A stretch of 63,713 nucleotides of DNA, the filler included, from Neolecta irregularis DAH-3 (lineage: Eukaryota), in NCBI GenBank assembly GCA_001929475.1. It is 9 parts of 9 records of this genome, joined end to end, with 100 filler letters (N's around TTAATTAATTAA, not from the genome) between each part and the next. Parts side by side here need not be neighbours in the genome. Positions count along the whole stretch, not along the records: positions 8,313 to 22,625 come from LXFE01000252.1; positions 22,726 to 26,108 come from LXFE01002816.1; positions 26,209 to 35,449 come from LXFE01000253.1; 6 more parts are not named here. One strand, given 5' to 3'. Below, piece after piece: positions 12,728-27,424 of the stretch. The notes beneath the pieces were generated by a model that saw nothing but the letters and a program-made list of their open reading frames with translations, did no database searches and was not told the origin of the DNA. The translations under genes and the position numbers were made by a program. The stretch's first letter is position 1. Every line of letters begins with the position of its first letter.

Positions 12728-14005
12728 TTATTTCATATGAAATTTCATCCTATCGACTTCCTTCTTTATTAAAGGCATACGAAGTCGGATCTATTTTCTC
12801 ATTTCTTGGTGTAGCAACGGGAGAATCTAGGGGCGGTGCGATAACAGTTGTTTCCTCACCATCAGTAGTCAGCATTGGAGTTTCTGATGAACTTTGTCTG
12901 CTGGGACCTTGGTGTTTGTCCATCTTTTTATCTAATGTTTTCAGTGCAAGGGCTCTGTTCGGTTAACGCATTTAAAAGAGGACACTAACCTTCTCCGTTC
13001 AGCTTCTGCCCGTGCAGCTCCAGGTTGTGCAGCACCTCGAGAATCAGGTCTCGGATTGCCATTTTCTAAGTCTCGCCTTTCGAAAGGCGTACATAGTCTT
13101 GCCAAGGCGAGTATATGATATACAAAATCGCTTATAACTGAAATTGAAGGTTGCAGTGCGTCTGGAAAGAAACTCGCAAACGAAAATGCTGGTGAACCGT
13201 CCCCTTTTAACTGTACAGCCGATGGGACTCCGAGATCTGGCATTGAGCGTTTATAAAATCGAAGATATGTCCAAGCCGAGATAAATCCAAAACATGTTAG
13301 CTGTGCAGAAATGCTGGAGGAAGCGAAGGAAGCGAGAGACATGACCAAGACAAATAGAACTGGAAAGTGCTATGTGTCAATGTTGTTGAGAAAGGGACTT
13401 GTGCATACTTTAACTCTCATTCGAAATGCAGATCGGAATATGTTCACTGTATGTTCCGGTACGATTTGTTTGAAGGCTACAAGGATCCCTGCCTGGATAC
13501 CAATTGATCCGCAGATAGGCATAAGTCTGAAATTCGTTAGCAAGCTCTACCGCACGGCCTACAAATATGACAATTTTGCTGTAAGTCCGTATGCCACCAA
13601 TGAAAATAGCATCGAGCATAGATTTGGGATGACTGTAACAATGAGAAGAAATTTGAGATACTCCTTGGAGTTCCAAGCTCTTTCAAAGTATCGACCAGCA
13701 TAGAGAAACGTTCCGAATGATATCAACAACTGTAATCGTAAGCCTCTATATAAATTTCAAGCATTTACCGCAAAGATGTTAGTCTCCACATAAGATGATA
13801 TTAGTAATGTCCATGGATAGACAATTGATCGGTTGGGAATGATCGTCATATATGGGACCGAATAGGGAACTCCAGATGAACTTCCGGAGTCACCGTTCAA
13901 GTATGCCCTCAATCGCAAAACGGTGACTATTAATGTAGATACCATAGACACTCCAACAGTGGTCCTGGTTACCGGCGGAATGGTTATGAAAAAACGAGAT
14001 GCCAT
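12728..14005 (-). CDS. DUF1751/TMEM115 rhomboid-like Golgi membrane protein, multi-exon
   Basis: IPPVTR, YPWTLLISSYVETN, GFISAWTYLRFYK, KGDGSPAFSFASFFPD, RAEAERRRALAL. Confidence 0.88.
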
Positions 14006-14222
14006 GATATTGTCTTTCTGCGTGGGGTATATTGGCGATATGAAATTTGGAGGTTAAGCTCCATTTCTTGGTTCAGCTTCGAAACTCAGACTGAGCAACA
14101 AAAAACGCCGACCTCTAACCCAAACCATCCACCTTACTGCTCTCTCTCATATCATCCTCATCGGCGCTTTTACCAGAATTCCTAAACCTTTTTGCAGCTA
14201 GCACCAGGAGCTTTACGCCTAG

Positions 14223-16016
14223 ATGCAGCAGCTGAATACACACGAACTAAATTACCTGATATGGAGATATCTTTGCGAGAATAGTACTTCCTCTCCTTGG
14301 TCGCCTGGTTTCTAAAGCGGTAGGTTTCTGCCACAGTGGCTATGTCCTCGGGCAGGAGCTCAAAATCGATGAACGACATAATTTGTGGAAAGATCGAGTT
14401 GCGGATGGAGCATTACTACAAATTTTAATGAAGGGATTAGAATTCATGGAAATGGAAGCTCACCTTGAAGTTCGTCTCATATTCTCTATCTCAGATGATA
14501 CTAAATTCATAGGATGATGCTAGACAAAACTGTAAAGTACCTATGTCGCTACTGGGAAAACACACTTGTTCAAGCACTACTCCCCAGACCGATGATTTCA
14601 TGGTCATACCAAAATCGAAAAAACACAAGCGGGATGACTCCTCAAGTCTTCAGAATGGAAATAGACATTCATCCACACCATCGAATGATGAAACTTCGGA
14701 AAAGCGGCGAAGAAAGGATGGCCTCACTCCAGATTTTTCGCCTCGTACAAACGGTCTCACAAACGGCTCCAGCGGTATTAAAGAATTTTCAGAATGTGAT
14801 TTAGTGACCCTGGAGAACCAGACGCCAACGGCAATCTTGAGTTCTTGGAGGCCTGGAAGTGACTCAATATTGGCTACTGCGTATGTTTTTTCATTACGGG
14901 AAAGACCGACCTAACAGTTCAGGTCTGCTGATGGTATCGTGAATATTTGGGATGTGGAAAATGAAGAGGTGGGATCGTCACCTATTATCATCAAGCACGG
15001 GTCAATATTAGCACAGAGCAAAAATTCCGACGTTACAGCGTTAGAGTGGAGTGTATGTCTCCTCCGTTTCATGTTTGTTCACTCATATATAGCCGTCAGG
15101 AATTTATCTCGCTACTGGAACGTACGAAGGACGTGTCTGTATATGGACGAAGGAAGGAGCCTTAAGGAGTAATCTCATCCTCCATAGGGGTCCCATCATG
15201 GTCATCCGTTGGAACATCAAAGGCAACACCCTTTTATCGACGAGTTGTGATGGACATGTGATAGCATGGGATATATCATCAGGAGATGCTAAGTCTCGAT
15301 TCGAGAAACGAGAAGACCCCGTGGTGGATATAGATTGGATTGATAACCAGATTTTTGCGGCAGCTGGGAAGGGTGGCAGCATTGAAATACTTAGAGTTGG
15401 AAGCGAAGGTGTCATTAGCAAGATGGAAGGTCATCCGAAGAAAGAGGTGAATTGTCTTAAATGCGATCCAGAGACAGGTTTAATTGCAAGTTGCTCGGAT
15501 GATTCGACTGCTCGGGTGTGTCGCTTAAAAGATTATACTAATATTCGAGATATGGAAACCAGACCAGCGACATCCTTTGCATACACTTTTCGGTCATACT
15601 GGTGGAGTGATCAGTTTACGCTGGCAACCTCTTACTCAAAATTCAAGCGAAATGCCGCCTTCACGACTTTTAGCAACATGTTCATTAGACTCGACCGTGC
15701 GGATATGGAATGCATTAGACGGGTCATGTCTGCAGACGTTGCAAGCACATGATCTGGCTGTTTATACTATATCATTCAGTTCAGACGGCCGAAAGCTGGC
15801 GAGCGGCGGCAAGGATGGTCTCCTTGCTATCTGGCATATCGAGAGCGGACAAATTGAGGCCCGGTATGATGGCGAAGAAGAAGAATCAGGCGGGCAAATA
15901 GTCGATCTGCTCTGGAAGAATGATCGAATCGCAATGAGCAGGTCGAGACGGAAAGTATGGCGCTTTCTTTCGCTTTTGCTGATCACTGATAGTGCGCTGT
16001 ACTAAAATACCGGTGA
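14223..16016 (+). CDS. SIF2: LisH-WD40 protein, SIF2/TBL1 (Set3 HDAC complex), multi-exon
   Basis: N-terminal LNYLIWRYLCENGF.HS LisH motif; WD repeats DVTALEW, HRGPIMVIRWN, LASGGKDG. Confidence 0.85.
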
Positions 16017-16204
16017 CGTAGACGATGTTTCAACTCTGGGACTTGTTTTCTTCTTTTGATTTCTGCTGTTCGGTGTAGATATGTTGATGCAACTGTTCAT
16101 GCGTGTACAATGCTTGTATTTTCTCTGTAATAAGAATGGCCCAATGGACTTTTGATGTTTTCTTGTTTTGGGCGGAACTAAAATTCTTATCGACTGCCAT
16201 CAGG

Positions 16205-16211
16205 TGAGTCA
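16205..16211. promoter_or_regulatory. Gcn4/CpcA response element TGAGTCA upstream of homocitrate synthase
   Basis: Perfect TGASTCA about 100 nt before a TATATAA (16311) and about 250 nt before the ATG of a lysine-biosynthesis gene. Confidence 0.6.
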
Positions 16212-16463
16212 GACAGACACAACCTGGGAACGGCCAAACAATCCTCCCGGATACAAATGATTATCAGCAGAGAAGACTAAGGAAGAACAAATGAAAAGAA
16301 GGATATACAATATATAATAAAGGCAACTGCCCACTCGGAATACTTTTGCTGCAAGTGCGACTGCGCCGGTTTTCTAGTCATTCCATCAAGTGCAAAGATA
16401 AAGATAGCCCAGTCATCGGATATTTCTTCAATTTCCCGTCTCTCAACCACCTCTATACTCCTA

Positions 16464-18128
<1,665 letters not shown>

Positions 18129-18532
18129 GCGACGTGAGGAGCTGTGCTTACGAAAATCGCTGTTTGCTTGTTCTTCGGTGAGTATTTCATGTGAGTTCTT
18201 GTTTCTAGGAATATTGTATTGATTTTTTTCTTCTTTACTCTACTTGTTCTAAATCACTGGGCGGTTGGACTAAAGCTTCCACACTGCCTGGGCCCCCAAC
18301 CAGACTTAGTGCTGGTCACTAACCTTGACATTTTCTATCATTTTCAGAAGAATTCTGATTATCTACACGATAAAATCACATTTTTCATTGGAAATTCTGC
18401 CCCTGCTTCAGCGAGATAGAACGTGACACTTGCGGAAATGGTCTCATTTTATGGTTCTGAACCACTATGACTTGATATACTTATGGTTCGGTTACATCTA
18501 AATGAAATATTGAAGGAACCGCTACTCGTGAT

Positions 18533-21500
18533 CTAATCCTTCCTTTTGAAAGGTTTATTGGGCCGAATCTTTCGATCCATGTCCATCATATCTTTTTGAT
18601 TACCTATCGATGCCCTTTTTACCTTCTTCAACTGTGAATTTGAGATTCTCGCAGAGGAGACCTCTTCCATCTCGACATCATCGTCGTCTCTCGCACGTTT
18701 ATTACTGAATCGTACACGCCTTTTTCGACCTTTTCGATATTCACCTGTATTCTCCATTGGTTCAACATAAGGGTTCAGTTGATCTTGCCTATCTCCTTCG
18801 AGAAAATCATCGATAATGAGCCGGCCGTCTGGTCCTGATTTATATGATGACTTGCGCAAAGATGATGATAGCTTCTTGCTTCTATTAACAACAGATGGTT
18901 TTGTCGATGAAATCTTCATAAAAGCGGATGAGTCGAGTAGGTTGAGTGGTTCTTCGATTCCCTCCTGTATATACGCTTCCGAATGTCGCTTGGTTTTCAT
19001 TGTGGTTTTCTCGTTCACTTTCTTTCGATGAACAAGGCCTTGCTCAGAAGCGTCAGATTCTGAAAGGCTGCTCTCTTCTAAAGCTTCTTCATAGCCGCTA
19101 ACATATTTTGGTGTCTGTGAGATGAGCAATTATAATAAGACTTCAGACCTTTTGACCATACGTTCTATCACCAGCCTCGTCAACGTGGATGTTTTTCCTT
19201 TTCTTTCTACGATCCCTTGTCTTCCTCACATTAACCAACAATTTTCGATCCTCCTCCGGTACTCGTGATTCAATAACATGTAAACCAAATTTCCGGATCA
19301 TTCGCTCCAGCAAATGTTTTACTTTGGCCTTGAAATGGCCTTTATGTTCGTGTGACCAAGTCATCAAGTTTTTCAAAAGGGTTTCAAGTTTTGGTTCTAG
19401 TATTTCGCCGGAAAGTGAGATAATCGCAACTTTGTAAAACCCAAGTGCCGAACGAGCAATTTCTCGATTCTTTGATGTGATAAAGACATCCATCGTTTCC
19501 AAGAGCTCATCGATGAATTCCCTCCCGATATTATCTTGAATATCAGGTAAGCGAGGTAAGATCATACCGTTAAATTCGAATAGTAGTCTAGATAAGGCGG
19601 TAATTGTCGCACTGGTCATGTGGGGAGTTTTGCCAGCAAGACCAGCAGCAACCATGATGAAGAATTCTTCGATAGTGGCACTTGCGTCTGGCGCATCAAC
19701 ATCCATCTTCGAATTTGCAACGATCCCACCTTCCTTCATTCTGTTGCCCATTTGAACCAATAAATCGTATGCTATGTGTCTGGCTTTTTCATTCAATTCT
19801 TTGGTCCCCAAAATTGCTTCAGACAGCACCGATGGAATCAAATGAAGGCTTTTGGCAGGGAGTATTGAAATGATATGGGAAATTAACATGAGGCGATCCT
19901 GTTGGATTAAACTTCAAGGATATAGTGATAAATACCTTTGGGACTGCGACCGCTTCATCCCCGAAGTTTTTTTCCAGAATGAGTTGTACTTCGTCGATCT
20001 TTTCAGAAATATAGGTTTGCCCAAATTTCGACTCAAATATTTTACACAAAATTTTATAAGATTTCTTTTGCAATATGGTATCATCGGTACGACGAATCCC
20101 TGGAAAAACAACGTCCCAAAGCGTCTGGAAGGCCTTCAAAGGTAAAACTGGTGTCATTGCAATAACAATATCCATCATTGTATAGGTTGAAGGCGGAATC
20201 TGAGATGGAGCAAGTTTTGGAATAGGTTGATGTGCCGCCAAAGAAACTGAAAGCATTTCAGCGACTTTGGAAAATGTGGTAGCAATTTCCTATTTGCATC
20301 AGAATTTTCCAGAAAAACCAAAGTGGATACTTCCTCCGATGTAATGCTCAAAAGGGAACCAATACAAGTAAGAATGAAGCCTCGTTTGGCCGTTGGTGTC
20401 TGCTTGAAGACATTGAAGAGTACTGCCAATAGCTGGGACGAGTAAGTTGAGAGCAAGGTAATGTTCTCTTTGGCATTTATCTTGCTAACCCCGAAATAAT
20501 CTTTCAGTTCAGAGACTGTACGTTCACTATCCAGAATTGCCTTGTTCTTCTCGACCAGAAGTTGAAGACTCTTGCAAACGACTGCACGAAGATTTTCTTG
20601 TGTAGCAAGAACATTAGCAAAGAGTTCTGCTACGGGTTTTGTAAATGCCTACAATTAGCATCGTGAACCTTATCGAGACTTACTGATGACAAGTCCCTTG
20701 GTAAATCACAATATCCAGGAAGTAAACTCCAGATCTGATCTATCAAGATTTCCCACAGCTTCGTTTGATTGGTTTTATTGTTCAAACTTTCGTTTGTCAA
20801 CTTGACAAAGAGTCGCTCACTAAGTGGGACCATTTCCTCGATGAAGTGATTTAGGTTCGTATTTGAAACATTATCACGCAAGAGAGGCAGCATCCAAGCG
20901 CGACCTGGCTCTCCGAGACTATCACAAAATCAGAAATTTGTTCGGTAGTGCGATGGCACATTTCACCCTCTATATTTAGAGGTAATACCGTCAACACAAC
21001 TTCGGGTCCCATTCCACGAATTGCTGCACCAATGATTGAATCCGCTTCGCCCTTATAATCAAACTGTTCGGACATCCGTAAATTTCCAATCGTCTTCACA
21101 GCTGTAAGGAAACCTGGATTTGCACTCCTTCCGAGTCTATTTAATATAGCGACACAAAGTACCAAGATCTCGCGTAAAGCCAAAGGATAACTACCTCCAA
21201 GACATCCAGTGATTTTATCCATAATTTTCGAAATTTCTTGGGCTGATGATTGGACAGGAACACATTCGTCGATCAAAGTTACCAAAGTTTTCCCAGTTGA
21301 ACTACGGATATTCACGTTATCGGATTGAAAAAAGGGACACAAGAGACTGAATAAATCTGGTAGCGTCTCAACGGCAATATTTTCGTCTATCGTTGCAAGA
21401 CAGGACAACCCACGACCAATGATATTCATCCATGGCGACAGTAGTTGATAGTCGTTCTTCGACGGTTGCAGAGAAATCACACTCTGGTGAATCAGCACTA

Positions 21501-22435
21501 ATTCAACGAGTGTTCAAACATCAAGAATACCAACCAACTTCTCCCCATCCAGGTCCTTCACAACACGTTCGAAAAGCACCGAAAAAACCTCGAATGCAGC
21601 AAGTGTAAGGTATCCATCCCCGCAACCTTTTGCAATTCTGAACAAAATATCGCAGAGCCTCTCAATTCTTTTTTTAGGCCAGCCAGCATTCGACGTAATG
21701 GTGATAACAAGCTGTAAAGAGTGGATTCCACGAGCATCTTGAAGTTTACTTTTACCGGAGGTCGAAATGAGTTCTTGAACAGAATTCAATGCGATTTCAG
21801 ATACAACGGAGAACGCCGGATGATCTAACGATGGAGGTGGAGGACAACTTAGAATTCTGCCAACTGCCTCTTGAGCTCTCTTTCTAACCTTGGGTCGTGG
21901 ATCGAGGCAAATACCAAGCAAGGCTCTCATGGCTTGTAATGCCAGCCCACACGTCCAAGAAGGGCCATCTTGGTTTTTCAAAAGTATTTCCAGGACACCA
22001 ATACTTGATCTTAGGAATGGTGCATGAGCCTCCGAGTCTGCGAGAGCGGGTACGAGGATTTGAAGTATTCTTTCAAAATTGACCCGACAAACTGAGGAAG
22101 GTGTCGATGGAGCTATCAAATCAAGTAAATACAATATAGCGCTGGCAAGGTCCTGATTTGCAATCCGATTTTGTGAACATGAATCATGCAGTAGCGACAA
22201 CTAGAATATGAATATAAATTAATCTCATGATAATCATACTAAAGCCCCGAAATAAGCGGTTGGTGAGCATTCTGTGTTTTGTTCTCTCAAGACATCTTCG
22301 ATGGCATGCAACACAATCGCTAACTGAATATTAGACCAACCTTTTACAGAGAATGCTCACCTGTTTCTGATTCTCCAATTTGCTCGAGCCATGACTCCGT
22401 ATTTTGGTTAATTTTTCTTCCAATACAGTGGTCAT
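18533..22435 (-). CDS. RRP12: Ribosomal RNA-processing protein Rrp12 (HEAT repeats), multi-exon
   Basis: LEEKLTKIRS..KLENQ, LDPRPKVRKRAQEAV, GRAWMLPLLRD, WSHEHKGHFKAKVKHLLERMIRKFG. Confidence 0.95.
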
Positions 22436-22725
22436 GCAGACGTTGGCGGTTGACGGCAGAACTAAAATATTTTCCCCATCGCCTCCTATCGCACCGTCAC
22501 TTATCTCGTTTCTTATCAGCTAACCTGTACACATTCATATTATCGGTTGCATACCATGTTTATCCTAGGCTCCCATGAACGCTATTTGCACTCAAGCAGA
22601 GTAAAGCACTAATATATATATATATNNNNNNNNNNNNNNNNNNNNNNNNNNNNNNNNNNNNNNNNNNNNTTAATTAATTAANNNNNNNNNNNNNNNNNNN
22701 NNNNNNNNNNNNNNNNNNNNNNNNN

Positions 22726-25700
22726 CTGGAGTCACGAATAGGCACCACAAAGTCCCAGACCAGCAATGTTAGAATGATGAGCACTGCTTCGAGGGATAAG
22801 CCTTTCAGATGCATCTGGTGTGATGCATTGGACCATTCCTAGAACAACTGCCCAGACTTCCAGGAAGTTTTGAAGTCTGGTGTAGTTTGAATTAACAAGG
22901 ACAAGAAACTAGGGTCAGGTCATCCCTNNNNNNNNNNTGGTCCTTTACCTCCTGGATGTATGCACACCATGGGTGCTGGATCGTCTCGAATATATTTCTG
23001 GATTTCCAGAAGACTAGAGTGGCCTGAGCTCCAGTGAGAGTTGGAGACAATCTACAGTGCGCAGGGCTTGGCCAGCTACACCCTTGATCAGCTTTTCACC
23101 CTGGTTAATGATTTTATGATAAGGTTAGTAAGACTTTAGTCAGTGGACAAACCTTGTCATGATACCAACAATACATGCCTTCCTGTAGAGCTTTACGGAG
23201 CCGCAGCACATAGCTATCCAGGCAGCCATCCACCCCCACAAGGACCAAGAAAGGGACATCCCCTTCAAGAAAGTTATCACCCTCAGTCCAGGGCCTTCTG
23301 CCACTATACCGCATTTGGTGTTCATCCTATCCACTGAAGCGGTGGAGAAAACCCTTTATTTTTATCTTTACTATATTTATATTGTGACCAGTTTGGGGTG
23401 GTGGCCGTTTCATCACCGTTGAGCTTATGGTGACTGTTAACAATATTATATAATCTAGTAAGTCCCTTAATTAACCATAACAGTGTAACATTACACCATG
23501 TTAGTTAATGTTACACAACACAGTGCCATGTAACATAATGTAGTAAACATATAGGACTTATATGCTTACAGCCAGCTATACCCTTGATCAGCTCTTCACC
23601 CTGGTCAAGGACTTCCAGGGTCAGGAGGTCAAGAAAGTATATGACTTCCTCCAATACTTTGACTCAGTTAGCAAGGCTTTGGTCAGAGACCAGGCCTTGT
23701 CCTGATACCAGCAACATACACTCTTCATTGAGAGCTTTACTGAGTCCCAGCAAATGACCATCCAAACCACAATCCACCCACACAAGGACCAAGAAGGGGC
23801 CATCCCCTTCAAGAAAGTAATAACTCTCACAAAAGAGGCCTTGTGAGAGGCTATAGAGTGGAGGGACCATATCGAGGTTCTCCCCAAATGCCCAATTGCA
23901 GCTCCCAGAGTTCAGTACGATGATGACAGAGATGTGATCATTTCTCTAGGGCGAAAATAGCAGCCCTGGAGTCACGAATAGGCACCACAAAGTCCCAGAC
24001 CAGCAATGTTAGAATGATGAGCACTGCTTCGGGGGATAAGCCTTTCAGATGCATCTGGTGTGATGCATTGGACCATTCCTGGAACAACTGCCCAGACTTC
24101 AAGGAAGTTTTGAAGTCTGGTGTAGTTTGAATTAACAAGGACAAGAAACTAGGGTCAGGTCATCCCTCTCTACTTTGGACATGGTGGGCAGAAGTCCCAC
24201 CCCCTACTAACTTCAACCCTTAATACCAGAATGATTAAGCTTGGGCCTATCACCTCAGAAGATGACATCATTGAGGAAACAATTGTGGACATCAATACCA
24301 CCACTCCACATAAAGAGAAACATGGGTGGCAGATTCCAGTTACTGCTGCCCCAGGTAAAACTGCTAAACCAGCCTTATGATGGACAGTTCAGCCTGCCCC
24401 AATCTCCAACATAGAAGTTTCCCTGGCATTAATTAAGCAGCTTGATGACACACCCTTTGTAGCTACTGTGGGAACTATTCTAGGTTTGTGTCCATTAGCA
24501 TGGACTGTGTTTTATCGAGAATTGAAGTCTTCCTGGACCCCAGCTGTACATCGGGTAGAGTTGCTAGGATCCTGAGATGAGGCTCCAACTTCAGAAGATA
24601 TGGACCTCACAGCAGAGGATATCCAAGAGATCCAATCCCCCATTATTCCAGTANNNNNNNNNNAACCCCAGCTGTACATCAGGTAGAGTTGCTAGGATCC
24701 TGAGATGAGGCTCCTACTTCAGAAGATATGGACCTCACAGCAGAGGATATCCAAGAGATCCAATCCCCCATTATTCCAGTAAGTGGGGGCTGACCAGCAG
24801 GACAATATGTGCCACTAACCCTTCAATCTGCTCATATGGAATTGGAGGAAGACGAATGGTTGGGTCAACCTCAGACCCAGCCCCTACATTTCTCAGTCAA
24901 GTCCTCTACTATTCAGGTCTTGATAAATGATACTCAGGTCAGGGCACTCTTGGATAATACATCCAAGATTTGTGTCATCTCAAAGAAACTCATCAACCAC
25001 CTCAGGCTGATGATGGATGATACCTTGAACCTGAAGATGAGTGTCACCAATGGCTGAGGTCCAAAAATCCTTGGAGTCTGTGCCCATGTACCGGTACAGA
25101 CAGGTGGCTTCATGATCCCAGTGCNNNNNNNNNNGCATCCAAGATTTGTGTCATCTCAAAGAAACTCATCGACCACCTCAGGCTGATGATGGATGATACC
25201 TTGAACCTGAAGATGAGTGTCACCAATGGCTGAAGTCCAAAAATCCTTGGAGTCTGTGCCCATGTACCGGTACAGACAGGTGGCTTCATGATCCCAGTGC
25301 ATATGGAGGTCATGGTGCACACGTCATATGACTTGTTGGTCAAGTCTTATATTGCATGTGGTAAACTAGGGTTCAATACTAATGGCTTGGGGAAGACTTT
25401 GGTGTGAATTTATTCATTGGATGGGAAGCAGCAAGTGGTATTGTTAGGTGCCAAAGGCACTGGTTGTGTAGATCTTGAAGACAGAGTTCTTGCTTGCTCC
25501 TATTACTTTGACTTGTCTTGGGATAGATCCCTGCCAGCCTTCAATACTAGTACCCTTCATAAGAAGGTTGATTGGAAAGTAAAGCCAGTCAACCAAGCCT
25601 ATACCCATGGAGAAAAACCAGAAACTTCAGGATCCACAATTGCATCAACTCGAGATAAAGCCAAGGAGACCTTGACTATCACTATCGGAAATGGAAACCT

Positions 25701-26108
25701 TCAACCAGAAGAACAGGAATTATATAGAATAGTACTAGCCTAATACAAAGACTCACTTGCATTTGTTGAATCTGACAAAGGAAACCTCAGCCCACACATA
25801 GAGGTACCCACAAAGATCAACACTATCCCTCATGAACCCTGGCAATCAATAAACTACCCCATGAACAAGGTTAAGCAATCAGTGGCTATTGAAATTAAGG
25901 ATTGACTCACAAACAGACTAATGGAATACTCATATGGACGCTATCACAACTCATGGTTTCTGGTGGAGAAGAAAGAAAAGGGCAAATACAGATTGATTAT
26001 AGACTGCCAGCCCTTGAATAAGGTTACTATTAAGGACACCTTTCTGTAAGGATTGACTAGCTAGGTGTGTAGCTCAGTGTGATGGTTACACACACAGTCA
26101 CATGTTAG
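22726..26108 (+). mobile_element. Degenerate, nested Ty3/gypsy LTR retrotransposon fragments (gag CCHC, aspartic protease, start of RT)
   Basis: CIWCDALDHSWNNC zinc knuckle; RALLDNTSKICVIS protease; IPHEPW...NSWFLVEKKEKGKYRLIIDCQPLNKVTIKD RT N-terminus; many stops; homologous to 61690-63380. Confidence 0.92.
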
Positions 26109-26274
26109 NNNNNNNNNNNNNNNNNNNNNNNNNNNNNNNNNNNNNNNNNNNNTTAATTAATTAANNNNNNNNNNNNNNNNNNNNNNNNNNNNNNNNNNNN
26201 NNNNNNNNGGTTGGTGGTGACTGTGGCGACCCGGGGATTCGCGATCGTATGGGGACGTTCGAAGTCCCCACATT

Positions 26275-27424
26275 ACGTCTGCCGAAGAAGAATCTGAAAT
26301 TGACGATTGCAACATTGAGTTCGATGAAGAATCGAGTTCTGATGAGTCAAAGACATGCCGGATTCATTCTACGACTGGTCAGAAGACTGGGAAATTACGT
26401 AAGCCTAATCAATATCGGCCGAATGTGTCCCCTGAGGTCCCAAACACACTTGCGTCTGCCGAAGAAGAATCTGAGAGTGACGATTACAACATTGAGTTCG
26501 ACGAAGAATCGAGTTCTGATGAGTCAAAGACACACCGGATTTCATCGAGACACGTCAATTGCTTGCGTTCAATGCGAGGCTCGTTTGAAGGTGTACGGAA
26601 AGCATATGCGAGACAAAGGTCCGCTACAAATGCGGAAAAGCGCCCTATTCGGAAACCCACACGCTGTCATATTCAAAACCTTCGAAATATCCTCGCTGGT
26701 AAAAAGCTGGGTGTCTCAAAAAAGACCTCAAAGCCAGTGTTTACCAGCGGACTTTTACTACGAAGACTAAACCTCGTAAACGCTGTCAGATATTTGGTGC
26801 GATTCTTCAAAATTCTCTTTGACGAATTGTAGTTACAACCAGTCTTGGAAGTAACGAATGTCCGATTCACTCGAGAGGAGGTTGATCTTGCTGAACTTGC
26901 AAGGACAGATTTACTTAATTTTCAGGTACATAGAGCCAGTTTTAATGAAATTTGACATGAAGGAATCTCGCAACGGACAACAAGATATCGCCGACTTGTC
27001 TGTCATTTCAGATTGGGTTTATCAGAAAGTTCCCGACAATAATCGATTCGCATGCAGTAGCCCCAATCTTGAGGGAATCATTAGCCTTATAAATACTGGG
27101 AAATGGGTGAACAGGCAGGGCCCCGATGAGCCTTCTCAAGTGAGAAAAGCCATTTCTAATAGACGACACGCAGCAGAATGTTCCTTGGATGCTTTTGTAT
27201 TTAACCTATCCTTTGAAGTGAATCTGACCTCCAAGCTGAAACTCGCACCTAAATCCCTTACAGGAAATGAATCCCTTGCATTAGAGAAGGTCAAAAAACA
27301 ACTTCAAAATATTGCAGGGAAAAAGGTATATTCATGTGCAAGCTGTTCTAATTTCAAGCGATACAACAGTCCACTTGTAGTCCGAAAGTGGTGCGAGGTA
27401 CATGTCCCATATCCAGAAGAGTAG
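26275..27424 (+). CDS. Orphan secreted-family protein, copy 1 (5' end missing or interrupted)
   Basis: Open frame with acidic repeats; introns 26797-26832 and 26926-26962 give a continuous frame to TAG 27424; inverted paralog of 33351-34608. Confidence 0.65.

Noticed and set aside
24534..25300. Near-identical direct duplications on either side of 10-N gaps (24654, 25125)
   Set aside because: Most likely unmerged contig overlaps within a repeat, not real tandem duplications.
23844..25743. In-frame TGA/TAA in retroelement ORFs as programmed readthrough or selenocysteine
   Set aside because: Stops differ between copies and map to CpG transitions; this is simple decay.
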